A stretch of 64,000 nucleotides of DNA from Lama glama (Eukaryota), in contig CM052816.1 in NCBI GenBank assembly GCA_028534125.1, positions 11,038,001-11,102,000 on the forward strand, in the 5' to 3' direction. Shown one piece after another: positions 1-12,531 of this stretch. The position numbers and the translations under genes were made by a program. Each line of letters begins with the position of its first letter. The stretch's first letter is position 1. A model generated the notes under the pieces. It was not told the DNA's origin. It searched no databases and saw nothing but the letters and a program-made list of their open reading frames with translations.

Positions 1-429
1 GCTGTTCCAGGCACGATTACCAACGTGACAAAGGCTGTGCCCGGTAGAGCTCCCACCCTGGTTCCTTGTGACGCACGAGAACTTCGCAGCGAGTGCCCTG
101 AGGGACTCAGGGACAGTGGGAAAGGGGTCAGGTGAGTCTCACTGGGACCACATGAACAAGGAGGGAGCATCTCCCCAAGTGTCAAATTAGTGACGAACTC
201 ATTAGTCTCAGCAGGCATTTCTTTGAATCTAATATAAGGTCAAAACTTTACAACAACAGAACATCAACTATGGGCAAAGTTAAGTCAAAACCCTCATCCA
301 CAGATGTGAAGGGTATAAAACCAGACAGCCAGTTTAGAGGCAAATCTGGCCACATCTGATACATTTTGTATGAGCATCAACTTCAACCCACCAATTTCAC
401 TTCTCAGTAGTCTTCTGGAACATGACGCC

Positions 430-779
430 TGCTATGTTTCTGAATGTTTCTGAACAAAAGCCTCCCCAAAATTTACACCATGGAATCCTAACATCCATTG
501 TGATGGTATTCGGTGATGGATAAATTGCGGCTGATTACATCATGAGGGTAGAGCCCTCCTGAATGGGATTAGCGCTCTTGTAAGAGACCCACTGAGCTCC
601 CTAGTCCCGCCCAGCTTCTGAGGACACAGCAAGAAGTCAGCAGTCTGCAACCTCACCAGCCACTGATGGCACCCAGACTTAGACTTCCAGCCTCCAGAAC
701 TCTTGAGAAACACACTTCTGTTGTTTTAAGCCACCCAGTCTGTGGTATTTTGTTATACCAGCCTGAACGGACTAAGATA
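430..779 (+). mobile_element. MaLR LTR (MLT1A-like) inserted in an old L1 fragment
   Basis: TGCTATG...AAGCCACCCAGTCTGTGGTATTTTGTTATA...GACTAAGATA; 5-bp TSD AC(G/A)CC. Confidence 0.85.
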
Positions 780-1169
780 ACACCCCAATATGCACAAGAA
801 ACACTGCCCAAGTGTATTCATCACAGTATTGTCTGTAACAGGGAAAACTAGAAATAACTTTAATGATCACCCACAGAGAAACAGCTAAACAAATTATAAT
901 ATTTTCACAATATGGAATACTTATGGAACAGTGAGTGAAATGCTATAGAATTTTATGTACTAACATGCTAAAACCTCTAAAACATATTGTACTGAAAAAA
1001 ACAAGTTGAAACACTGTATGTGGGCTGTAATACGTAAAAATGATGCTTTTATACACACGTTCGCATGACAGACTACTTGTTGCCTAACCCTCCTGCCATT
1101 TGATAACAGAACCATGATTTTATTGGTTTGCAGCAATGGATTCAACTATAAGACTACAGTTCTCAAAAT

Positions 1170-1515
1170 CTTTTGCAGCTAAGCATAGCATTATGACTAA
1201 ATTCTGGTCAATGAGATGAACTCAGAAGTGAATGCAGGTAAGACCTCCCTCCTTCCTTCTGTGTCTGGCCTGGGATGTGGATAGAATGGTTGGTGCCCTT
1301 GTTGCCATCCTGGACCAGGAGGTGACCTTAAAGATGGAGACAAAGGACAGAGGATGGCAAACTGGTACCTGGATCCCTGGCGACATGATGGAGCCACCAT
1401 GCTGCCCTGGACTGCCTGCATCCCAGCTTTCCTCATGCAAAAAAGAAACTTGTAATTCATGTAAGCTCTGTTTGAGGTTTCCCTATCACACACAGCCAAA
1501 TCTAATCCTAAGTAG
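1170..1515 (+). mobile_element. Ancient ERVL/MaLR-type LTR fragment (LTR16/LTR33/MLT1-like)
   Basis: TTCTGGTCAATGAGATG...GCCCTGGACTGCCT...CAGCCAAATCTAATCCTAA motifs. Confidence 0.6.
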
Positions 1516-3018
1516 CACAGCAGACCAATCCAACAGTCTGCGAAGATACACACTGAGCTGATTTCAGTGATCATCTCTGGGGAAGAGAGGGGAGGGGTTC
1601 TGTTACAGAGCAAAGTCCAAGGAAAACAAAGCTCCTTCATATTTAACTTTCTGGAATTCATTCATGTGTTTGTACATCTAAAAATTGATTTCAAAATAAG
1701 GGGGAAACATGTTAAATTAAAAAGAGAAAGAGTCTGATGAAGCAGCAGCTGGCAGGGCTCAGGGCCTCAGGTGAGCCAGAGCTGCTTTGTACCACGCTCG
1801 CCCACTGCAGCCAGAGAACAGCTGGACCATTACAGCAACCACCTCCCCGGAGAGCTCCTACCTGGGCTGTCAGCTGGGCACCCCCAGCACAGACGCACCA
1901 CCTGTGGACTGACCACCAGAAACCATCCAGCAGGCAATACGCCTCGTTCCCTCCCAGGAAAAACAAATCCCAGCTGAGGTATTTGTGGGGCTCTGTCGTC
2001 GTTAGACGGAGAAATGGAATCAGACTCTAGAGGCACAAGTTAGGTTCAATTACTTTCCCTGTCAGAATTGTTTTTTCTTTGGCGAGCAGTATCTCTCAGT
2101 CAGGGGGGAGACATGCAGATGTGACAGAGATGATGCTGTTTTGGCATTTCCTCGGGTGCTGACTGACACCATACACCTCCATCCTGTGTCAGCAAAGAGT
2201 CTGGGGAAAAGCTTGGCTTACAAGCTCTGCTGGCCCCAAATACCAGAGAGATGGGGAGCTAATTAGCCAGGTGTAGGAGCACCTGGGGTATGTCACTAAG
2301 ACTTTAAGTTCCTATTCAATTCACATTCACCAACTTCAGGTTTTTAGCAAGATCAGCAAGAAATCCCAGATGGATCACAGCAGGGCAAAAATGGAAAGTG
2401 ACCCTCCCGGATTTCAACAGCTCTGTCCTCATTTACTCTCAGATTTGGCCAAATCCCAAACTTAAATAGTGCAACCATCAGCTTCCTCTCTGCCCACATC
2501 TGTGAAGCCTGGACTGGGCAGGCGGGTGTTGTTTCAGAGTAAACAGGTCTTCATTTGTCCTAATTCTCAAACCTTCCACACTCTGTCCCCTGCTACTTAC
2601 TAGCCGCAATCAAGAGAACAGGATCTGCCCCCTCCAAATAGCAAATCCTGTGTCTGCACCATCTGCCGCTTCTGCCCTCTTCCACAGCAAGGAACTGCCC
2701 TCCTCCCTAAGGCCAGTCCCCACCATGGAGTCAGATCCCCCAGCCCCTCCCCACTTCCCAAAGCAAGTGCTGCTCCTAAGGCTGTTTTGTCGTCTCTGGA
2801 GTGATCATCCTCTCCTTTGTCTCTGCATCACTCCCTCCAACACACTCGTGAGCTCTAGTAAAGGAGAGAGACCAGTGCTGTTCGTGGGAGACTCAATCAC
2901 AAAAGAAATATCAGGGAGGATTCCCAGAGGAAGCAATGCTCCAACAAGATCTGAAGGATGAGTACAAGTGGGCTGGGAATAAAGGAAAATATCCCAGGCA
3001 GAAGAATTCAGAGGAAAT

Positions 3019-3073
3019 GGCATTGTGGTATACACCAGAAATTGACACATTGTAACTGTACTTTAATTAAAAA
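3019..3073 (+). mobile_element. 55-bp extremely 5'-truncated L1 insertion
   Basis: TACACCAGAAATTGACACATTGTAA matches the L1 end at ~12474-12498; perfect 17-bp TSD at 3002-3018 and 3074-3090. Confidence 0.85.
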
Positions 3074-3356
3074 AAGAATTCAGAGGAAATTAACCTAGTC
3101 ACATAAAAAAACTTTGTTGATTTTCTTACTTAATCTTCAGAATATTAAACATTGATGACATATTAAAAAAAATCCCAGGCAGTGGGACCCTGCTTGTTCA
3201 TAGGGTTAACATTCCAACCCTATGAAAAATAGAGGTCATATGGTACTTTGAAATTAATCTATCAGAATCACCCATGTATTTTTACTTGCAAAGATTAATA
3301 CTGAAGGAGGACAGTCTTTCAGATACATAACAACCAAGTAATCTGTATCTGTTCGC

Positions 3357-3711
3357 TGTCTTGGTCCATTTAAGCTGCTATAACAATACCACAGACCAAG
3401 TAGATTAAAACCAACAGAAATGTATGTCTCACAGTTCTGTAGGCTCGAAGTCCCAGATCAAGGTGCCAGCATGGTTAGGTGAGAGCCCTCTTTCTGATCA
3501 CAAATTTCTCAATCTATCCTCACATGGCAGAAGGGGCTAGAGAGCTGTGTGGGGGTCTCCTTGGTAAGAACACTAATGTCATTCATGAGGGCTCCACCCT
3601 CATGACCTCATCACCTCCCAAAGACTCCATCTCCACCTCCTAGCACCATCACCTGGGGAGCTAGGATTTCAACATATCAGTTTGAGGGACACAGACATTG
3701 AGACTATAGCA
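3357..3711 (-). mobile_element. MaLR LTR (MLT1A-like)
   Basis: TGTCTTGGTCCATT...GCTGCTATAACAATACC...GACTATAGCA; same family as 430-779 in reverse. Confidence 0.85.
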
Positions 3712-4179
3712 AGAGCCAATATCCACATGTGGTTATTTTTACTAAAATAAAATGAACTATCCAGTTCCTTAGTTGCACCATCAACATTTCATATTGGACA
3801 GTACAAACAGAAAACATTTCCATCATCACAGAAAGTGCTGTTGGACCTTGCTGATCTAAACCACTGGAAGCAGGGAGGTGGACAGAAGACTAAATATATA
3901 TTTTTGTAAAACTTATAAAAAATAAATCTGTTTGATTTTATCTGTAAATATATTATGTGAATTATAGGAACATCAGTAAATTAATGGCCTATGCCTAATA
4001 TCACAAATTTGGTAAACAATATTCTTCAACAAACATTTTGACAAAATGCTGATTTCCTTACAAGTAGCTTTCAAATTACAAGTCTCCAATCCTTGGAAGA
4101 TACTTATTCAAGCCAACCACTGAATATTATTGGCAAGTTCTTTGTCCTTTTTAAGTGAACACTTAGAAATTCAACTTTA

Positions 4180-4289
4180 GGGAGAGGGTATAGCTCAGTG
4201 GTAGAGTGCGTGCTTAGCATGCATGAGGTCCTGGGTTCAATCACCAGTACCTCCATTAAATAAAATAAACCTAATTACCCTCCCCAAAA
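4180..4289 (+). mobile_element. Camelid tRNA-Ala-derived SINE (Vic-1 type)
   Basis: A box TAGCTCAGTGG, B box GGTTCAATC, CTTAGCATG anticodon-arm remnant, tail AATAAACCTAATTACC. Confidence 0.85.
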
Positions 4290-5690
4290 GATTATTTTAT
4301 CAATAGAAAGTTGATTTTTTTAGATTATCAGTACATATTTAACTTCAATTTTATGGTTCCTAGTTTGTCAACATTCTCTGTCCTTTTCCCTTATGTCTCT
4401 AAGTAAAAGATAAAGAATAACCCTAACTCAACAGTCTTATGTCTGCACCACCTTTCCTCAGTGCTTCAGGTTCCATAGAACTTGCTGCCTGTGGTTTCAA
4501 CAATAACTTTAAAGCTCTGAGAGGTTTAAAATAGTTTTGTTCCAAAGCTGTGAGGTGAAGAAAACATGGTAATTACAAGGCTACGGTGGCTGGACGCAAG
4601 GAGGAGGAGATGGTTAAGACAAATCAGGAGAAATGGGCATGGGACGTTCTATCTTTAACCTAAGGAGCAGTAAGAGGTCACTGGAGGATTTCAAGGATAC
4701 AAGGAAGAACGCGGAACAGGAAAAACTCAATCAAATTTGAGTTTTCAAAAGATGACTCTGGTTGTCATGTGGAGAAAAATTACAAAGAAGGGTCTGGAGG
4801 GAAGCCAGAGGAAAATGCACATAGACCTCTTAGGAGGAGATCACAGGAGAGCCTGAGGGTTGGACCTGGGTCACCAGCTGGAGGGTCACGACGTCTCCCA
4901 AATTACAAGTAAGACAACCTCCTGATAAGCGTGGAAGTAGTTACAGGGCAATGAGGTGGGATATTTGGCAGTCAAATAATCCTCAAAACCTGGAATGTAT
5001 GGTCATTCCTTCAGCAGTAAGCTTATTGTAAATATTTGTTATAAGTACTTATTTAAAATATTCTTATTATAAATAGAGTAATTTGTTACTTGGAGAATTC
5101 TTATCTAACAGGAAAGGCCAACTCCTCTCTCAGGATTCCAAAAGAAAAATGTCTTATCACCTTGAAATTTTTACGCCAATGCAGACTGGCATGACTTTCC
5201 CCTGAAATGTTAAAGCCACCCTACCTTTGTTATATACTCCACTCTCCTCCCTGGTAAAGAAGTAGTATAGAAATGTCCTTTCAGAAAAAGACAAATTAAG
5301 TCTGGGCCATTTATAATCCCGGGATTCTGTAGGTCTTAGCAGACCACAGGTCAAGTTCAGCCCACTAGTGAACACTTAGAACACTGGCTGTTTGTTTGTT
5401 TGTTTGTTTTACCAGAATGATGCTTCAAAAAAAATTAAGCAATCAGTTTAAATCGGAAAGTTTCAAAGGAAAATCTGGAGTATTTTCTTCTTCTGAGAAA
5501 TCCAACCTGGCAACACTAGCGCTTTCTTTCACAAGGCAACCATCAGCCAGAACCGAGTACAAGCGGGTCCTGTCCAACCCAGAACACTTCTCCAACTCCC
5601 AAACGCCTCCTCCCCTACCCACACAACTTAGGTATCTGAATTCACACAAGTTACAACTCATCGGTATTATCAGCAAGGTACGTTAGTCTC

Positions 5691-5704
5691 TCGCCCTCTG
5701 CTGG
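5691..5704 (-). promoter_or_regulatory. CTCF core motif CCAGCAGAGGGCGA
   Basis: 13/14 match to CCASYAGRKGGCRS. Confidence 0.55.
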
Positions 5705-6736
5705 CAATTCTATGCAACTGCATGAAGTCAACAAATTATTCCGGCCTATTGATTGTAGAAAATGTTTTCTGTGTGGCTGACCTATTTGCAGACAAAAAGA
5801 ACAAAAATTCCTGACCTTCTCCCAGCATCAGATGATATGTACTCAAGAAATGCAAACTGAATTTGATTTTAACAAACCACCATTTTAAACAAATACAAAT
5901 ATCTCTTAGTACAGTTTGTGAATAGAATTCAGAATTATTTATTTACATAACAAAGCGTTAATTTTTTTCCCCCAATATAGTGTTTGAACTAATTTCCCAC
6001 CATAGTCCTGAATATGATGAGAGCACACTGATTTGGTCCTCAAGTTTCCGCGAGCTACACTGCGCTTAGCCATCCCAAAGATGGTGAGGCCAAACTTGTG
6101 TCACAACAGGGTGCTCACAGTCCCCACCAGAGGAACCAAAACAACAGGCCCTTTGTCACTGAGCTGCCGCCAAGTGCAACCCTCCATGCAGGGGAAATCA
6201 CTGCCTCATAGGACATTCCCAGTCTGCATGCAAAGCTATCCTAGCCCACTCCAAACGTTACATACTTTTAACAACTCTAACTTGAAAAACTATATATATA
6301 TTCAATTAGAGATTTCTGCTCTATTTTTTTTAACCACCATTCTCTTCTAATAGACAAAATATGACAAGAAAGCAAGGCTTTGATCACACCCTGCAAATTC
6401 ATCACATTCCCAACCAGCAGCAGGAATAGCTAAGGAATACAAATGTCAATTTTTGCAGCCGAACAAGAAGTCTAGAGGTAATTGCCAAGTGCACCTAATC
6501 AAAGACTCCTGTGGGAATATGATAAAACCCACAGGTGTGTAAGACCAATTGGAACTAGCAAAGACTGAGATTTATCATTCTTGCTGAAATTCTGTTTCAT
6601 GCATTTCAAGTACAGCGTGGGACCCCAGCAGAGCTCTGCCCCTTTAAGCAATTAATTAATGTAGAAAAACAGTTTGTCTTCAACTACATATATCTGCTTG
6701 CAATGAATGTACTTTAATCTTTAAACTCCCAGTTTC

Positions 6737-7220
6737 CTGGGAGTCCCTTGAAACCCTTTCAGGGGGTTCACAAGATCAAAACTCTTTTCCAACAATACTA
6801 AAAAATTACATGCCTTTTTCACTCTCATTCTCTCCTGAGTGTACAGTGGAGTTTTCTAGAGGCTACATGGATGAGTGATACCTCCACAGACTGAAGGCAG
6901 AAGCAAAAGAGTCCAGCTCTATTCCATTGAGCCAGGCATTAAGGAGATTTGCAAAAATATGGGGAAAATACCACTTTTTCACTAAATTTTTTTGTTTTAG
7001 CAAGTATGGTTATTTCTTATAAAAATATGACTTATGTTAACATGTAGTGGGGTGATTACTGCCTCATTTAAGTGAATTAATATTTTAAATTTTTCTCAGC
7101 TTTAGTTTATAGTAAGGTAAATACTGATAGATATAATCACATGAACAAAAGCGCTGTGGGGTCCTCAATTTCTAGAAGGGTAAAGGGGTCCTCCCAGACC
7201 AAAAAGTTTGAGAACCATTG
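6737..7220 (+). mobile_element. hAT-Charlie DNA transposon remnant (MER119-like)
   Basis: CCCTTTCAGGGGGT...GTGTACAGTGGAGTTTTC...AAAAAGTTTGAGAACCATTG terminus. Confidence 0.7.
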
Positions 7221-7489
7221 TTTTAAACAGTTTTGTTTCTGCTTCCTAGATTAAGCAAGCTCTCTGAAAATTGATTTTATCTTAAAGAATCCTCTTTGCA
7301 TCACTAAAAAGTGCAGGTCTGGGGCTCAGAGTTCAGTCCTCAAAGCTCCAGCAGACCTAACATCCCACCCCCACTCCCCAAACCTACAGTCTTCGCTTTA
7401 ACTGAGGAATTCTACCATCCCACTTTGCTAAAGACCATGTTTTATAGTGATTATAATAATCCTAGCCCCTCTTTTTTTTTTTTAATTCG

Positions 7490-7775
7490 ATGAGGCTCAC
7501 CCTTGGCCAGGCATGTAGCCTGCGCTATCGCATTCATGAATTAATAAAAAGCACTCAGAACAGTGCCTAGAGGGTGGTGAGCCCTCATTAACGGTTAGCA
7601 ATGATGGTGGTGATACTGGTGGTGATGGATGCACAACTATAATCCTGTGACGGATGTACAAATGAGGAAACTGAGGCACAGAAATGTTACTTGCTCAAGT
7701 TCACACAAGTAGTAAGTGGCAGAGATGGAATTCCAACCTACTTCTGTTTGTCTTAAGTCCATGGGCCAAACACTG
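7490..7775 (-). mobile_element. MIR SINE
   Basis: ACAAATGAGGAAACTGAGGCACAGA core. Confidence 0.75.
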
Positions 7776-7792
7776 TCCACCACACTGTACAC

Positions 7793-7950
7793 CAGCACTT
7801 CTCACACTGAACCCTGCAGATGAATCATCTGAGGCCCTTGCTAAATGCAGATTCCGATTCCAGGGCCTGGAGTGGGAACTGACACTCTGCATTTCTAACC
7901 AGCTCCCAAACAGTACCCAGGCTGCTAGTCCTCAATCCACAGCTTAGAGG
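7793..7950. mobile_element. MER5A-like hAT element
   Basis: GAATCATCTG...AAATGCAGATT...CTGCATTTCTAACCAGCTCCCA. Confidence 0.7.
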
Positions 7951-8666
7951 GAGATTGTACACCTCCCTTCACGGGGATCTTTAACCATTTTTTAATTTCT
8001 GTGTTCATTTTCCTCTGTCTCCATCCGAAGATGCTTATCCTAATTAAAAGTATTTTTCACCCATGTCCCATTTACCACTAGTCCCTAGGCTTCATTCAAC
8101 TTACATTTTGTCTGAGTCACCGATGCCCCGCAAACACCAGATTCACTCTTTTCTGCATCAGCTGAACTAGTGCTTGGAGCTGTCACAAGGGGGCGCTGCC
8201 TGCCCATCAGTAGCTGAGGTGAGGCAGCAGTCTTGGTGGCCTTGTGGCACTGTGTGACTACAGGAACGTTATTGTTAAAAATGGATGGGAAATGGCAAAA
8301 TTAAATTGCAGGTGGTGACCAGAAGCCTAAGTCTCAAACGTAACAATTCCAACAGCAACAGTCATGATTCAGTGTGCCAAAGTGACATGAAAGTGAGAAC
8401 TATTCGGCCTCGGCAGAGGCTTTATGACAATCAACTGTGCCTGTTTATGAAAGACAAGAAAATTAAGAATTTGTCTGATTCTAAGAAACAGAATGTTAAC
8501 TCTAAAGATACATTATTATTGGACTCTTTAATCCATAGGTCACCTCCACACACATCTTGGACATAAAGTCTCTTAAGCAATGGTATCACACCTATTACCC
8601 AAGAGAAAGAAAATGGATTTGTTCGTGATGGAATCTAGTAGGATCTTATTCAAAATCACATACATG

Positions 8667-8850
8667 CAAGATCAGGGGATATCTTTCCATTTCTTTAAGT
8701 CATCTCTAATTTCCTTAGTCAATGTTTTGTAGTTCTCCACATGTAAGTCTTCTACTTCCTTGGTCAGATTTATTCCTAGGCATTTTTTTTTTTTTGGATG
8801 CAACTGTAAACTGACTATACTTCATTAAAAATAAATTTTAAAAAATAAAT
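8667..8850. mobile_element. L1 with 5' inversion: antisense ORF2 piece (8667-8805) joined to a sense 3' end and A tail
   Basis: GGATATCTTTCCATTTC...AGATTTATTCCTAGG is antisense L1 ORF2; TGTAAACTGACTATACTTCA matches the L1 3' termini at 12494 and 54422. Confidence 0.8.
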
Positions 8851-8914
8851 CTGAAAAACAAGTAAGAAAAGCTAACCCATACTACTGTTTTCAATTAGAG
8901 TCTGTCTTGGTCAG

Positions 8915-9090
8915 AGGGCATGCAATGAAGTGGCTAAGTGCCTAATTCTGGAATCTAACTCCTAGGTTTCAATCCTGCCTCTTTGACTCACTAGCCACGT
9001 GACTTTGGGCAAACTTGGTCAGGAGGTCTATGCCTCTCTGTCAAATAGGAATAATAGTAGCTATTTCGTTGAATTTTTTAATGCAATTAT
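8915..9090 (+). mobile_element. MIR SINE
   Basis: GGTTTCAATCCTGCCTC...CACTAGCCACGTGACTTTGGGCAA core. Confidence 0.7.
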
Positions 9091-9157
9091 CCTACCCATA
9101 CAGTTTTGCTATTTAACAGAATGTGTGAACAGTTTCCATATCATTAAATATTCTTAC

Positions 9158-9525
9158 ATAGTAAGTCAGAGAAAGACATATATCACATCACTTACATGCG
9201 GAATCAAAAAAAAAAAAACAAATGTTATTTACAAACCAGAAGGAGACTCACAGAGAAAACAAATTATGGTTATCAAAAGGGAAAAGGTAAGGGAGGTATA
9301 AATTAGGAGTTGGCAATTAACAGATACATATTACTATATATAAAACAGATAAACAAGGACCTACTGTATAGTACAGGAACTATATTCAATTTCTTCTAAT
9401 AACCTATAATGGAACATAATCTGAAAATATATATGTATATGTATAATTGAATCACTTTGCTGTAAACCTGAAATTAACATTGTAATTCAACTACATTTCA
9501 ATAAGTAAAAATTTAATTCTTAAAA
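9158..9525 (+). mobile_element. Cetartiodactyl-type L1 3' UTR fragment
   Basis: Similar to the 3' UTR of the L1 at ~12160-12530; A-rich end. Confidence 0.8.
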
Positions 9526-9554
9526 AATCTTTGAGAAAAAAGTGAATGAAGGGC

Positions 9555-9765
9555 CACAAATGGCAAAATATCTTTTTATAGGTGAGTTGTATTCCATTAC
9601 ATATATATGTATATATATATATGTGTGTGTGTATATATATATATATATGCTCCATCTTCATTATCTATTCAACTGTTGATGTGCACTTAGGATGCCTCCA
9701 TATCTTGACAATTACAAATAATGTTGCTGTTAATAGCTGGGTGTAGGTACCTTTTTGAGTTAATT
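9555..9765 (-). mobile_element. Antisense L1 fragment containing a (TA)n/(TG)n microsatellite (9601-9648)
   Basis: GTATTCCATT...TCTTCATTATCTATTCAACTGTTGATG...ATAATGTTGCT is typical antisense L1 3' sequence. Confidence 0.7.
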
Positions 9766-9884
9766 CTTATTTTGTGGTTTGCTTTATTCCTTTGATAACT
9801 ATTTAAGTTTAAAAAGCTAAAGCTCTCAATGTTCTTAGAAACAATGAACAGTAAATATATGTAAATTTTAAAATATATGTGCAG

Positions 9885-10436
9885 TAGAAAAAAGAGATCA
9901 AGTTATGAAAGATATGGGAGAAACCTGAAAGACATATTACTAAATGAAAGAAGCCAGTCTGAAAAGGCTACAATCTGTACGATTCCAACCAAACGACATT
10001 CTGGAAAAGGCACAGCTACAGAAACAATAAAATGTCGTGGTTTCCAGGGGTTTGGGGGGAGGGAGGGAGGGAGGAATGAACAGATGGAGCACAAGGGATT
10101 TTTAAGAAAATGAAATTATTCTCTGGATACTGTAGTGGTGGCTACATGTCACCATGCATTTGTCAAAACCCATAGAATGTACAACATCAACAGTGAACCC
10201 TAATGTAAACTATGGACTTTGGTTGATAATGTGCCAATGTTGGTTCACTGACTGTACCAGATATACCACACTGATGAGGGATGTTGAGGGTAGGGGAATA
10301 TGTATGTGTGGGTGGGGAGGGCTATGTTCAAACTCTCTGTATTTTCTGCTCAATTCTGTTGTGAACCTGAAACTGCTCTAAAAGAATAAAATCTATTAAA
10401 AATAAAATAAAAAATAAATTTAAAAAAATTTTAAAC
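9885..10436 (+). mobile_element. Ancient L1M (L1MC-like) 3' UTR with long A-rich tail
   Basis: CATATTACTAAATGAAAGAAGCCAGTCTGAAAAGG...GTGAACCCTAATGTAAACTATGGACTTTGG motifs. Confidence 0.8.
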
Positions 10437-11269
10437 CAAAATCACATATGTGTCTCATTTACTTATAAATATGCATAAAGACGTATGTGGAAGAGTTTTC
10501 ACCAGGTCATTAAGTTATTTTTACAGTAAATCAGTGTTGCTGCTGAGAGGGGACCACAATGGCGAGATGCCTAGGTTCTGGTCATCATGGGAAGAATAAC
10601 CACTTCATATGAGAAAGACAGACAGTGTTTATTATACACATTTTGTACCATTCATGATCCCATACCTCCTTTTGATAACTCATTACCTAGCACTACACTT
10701 ATTGGAAAGAAAGTCTATTCTGGAGACAGATTAATTCTTTGGAGCTCAAATGCCAGACTACCTGGGCTGAAATTCTAGGCCTATCATTACTAGTCATGTA
10801 ACCTTGAGTCTGTTACTTCATGCAGCGGAATGCTCAAGACTGAGTGTGAAAAGACCTTAAAATATCAGATGATATGAAGAACTCAAAGGCTCATCATGAT
10901 TCAATTACCCATGTAATCCCTGTGCCAACACAACATAGGGAATGCAAATGACAGGAGTAAGATTTAAAGCCAATTCAATGATCTCCAGTGTCATTTGGCA
11001 TTTATGAACAAGGAAGTCTCTTTCTTAAAAATAATTGGCTGGTTCTGAGTAAAAAATATACCCAAGGTTGTTGGGAATGGTCTGGCTGAGATCAGTGACA
11101 GGACATCCTAAGGGTGCCCCCTTCTCCCTGTCTTAAAAGAGAATGCTCTTCCACCATTTTAAAGATGCAGATCAGGTGATAACACAGAGTTACTTATGAC
11201 ATAATATACAAAGAAAAAGCCAATTTACAATGGCATCTCATAGTATCCTTTCAAAATTATCTACATGTG

Positions 11270-12531
11270 CTCTTTCACATCATACACAAAAATAAACTCA
11301 AAATGGCTTAAAGACTTCAACATAAGACAACACTATAAACCTCTTAGAAGAAAACATGGGCAAAACATCTGACATAAATCTTATCAATGTTCTCCTAGGG
11401 CAGCCTACCCAGGCAACAGAAATAAAAGCAAAAATAAACAAACGGGACCTAATTAAACTTACAAGCTTCTGCACAGCAAAGGAAACAATAAGCAAAACAA
11501 AAAGACCACATACAGAATGGGGGAAAATATCTGCAAATGATGAGACTGACAATGGCTTAATTTCCAGAATATATAAACAGCTCATGCAACTTAACAAAAA
11601 CAATCAAATCCAAAAATGGGCGTAAGATCTAAACAAGCAATTCTCCAATGAGGACATACAAATGGCCAATGGGCACATGAAAAAAATGCTCAGTATTGCT
11701 AATTATCAGAGAAACACAAATCAAAACTACAGTGAGGTGACTGACCTCACATCAGTCAGAATGGCCATCATTCAAAAGTCCACAAACAAATGCTGGAGAG
11801 GGTGTGGAAAAAAGGGAACCCTCCTACACTGCTAGTGGGAATGTAGTTTGGTGCAGCCATTATGGAAAACAGTACAGAGATTCCTCAAAAATCTAAAAAT
11901 AGACTTACCATGTGGTCCAGCAATCCCAATCATGGGCATATATGCAGAGAGAACTCTAAATTTGAAAAGATATATGCACCCCAATGTTCACAGTAGCACA
12001 ATATACAATAACCAAGAAATGGAAACAACCTAAATGTCCATCAACAGATGGCTGGATTAAATAAGCTGTGGTATATTTATACAATGGAATACTACTCAGT
12101 CATAAAAAAAACAAAATAATGCCATTTGCAGCAACATGAATGGATCTAGAGATTGTCATTCTAAGTGAAATAAGCCAGAAAGAGAAAAATACCATATGGT
12201 ATCACTCATGTGAAATCTAAAAAAAAAGATACTTATTTACAAGACAGAAACAGACTCAGACATAGAAAACAAACTTATGGTTACCAGGGTGGGGAAGGAT
12301 AAATTGGGAGTTCAAGATTTGCATATACTAACTACTACATATAAAGTAGATAAACAACAAGTTCATGCTGTATAACACAAGGAACTATATTCAGTCTCTT
12401 GTAGTAATTTATGGTGAAAAAGAATATGAAAACGAATCTATGTATGTTCATGTATGACTGAAGCATTATGCTGTACACCAGAAATTGACACATTGTAAAC
12501 TGACTACTTCAATAAATATATATATACAAAA
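11270..12531 (+). mobile_element. 5'-truncated lineage-specific L1 (ORF2 C-terminus plus 3' UTR)
   Basis: ORF 11356-11625 reads [21 protein letters not shown], typical of the L1 ORF2 C-terminus; A-rich tail; 16-bp TSD at 11253-11268 and 12532-12547 differing only at a decayed CpG. Confidence 0.92.

Noticed and set aside
1197..2036. Cluster of 68-154 aa ORFs
   Set aside because: Overlap an old LTR and GC-richer unique DNA; no domain, no coherent splice structure
4180..4256. tRNA-Ala-like sequences (six copies)
   Set aside because: They share a SINE tail, have TSDs and imperfect stems; these are SINEs, not tRNA genes
5158..5300. Possible - strand exon (CTGAAAG acceptor near 5278, AAG|GTAGGG donor near 5225) of a transcript from the CpG island
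   Set aside because: Splice-like motifs alone, with no coding or other support; such pairs are common by chance
11298..12033. ORFs 11298-11603, 11356-11625 and 11848-12033 as genes
   Set aside because: Fragments of decayed L1 ORF2 or its antisense
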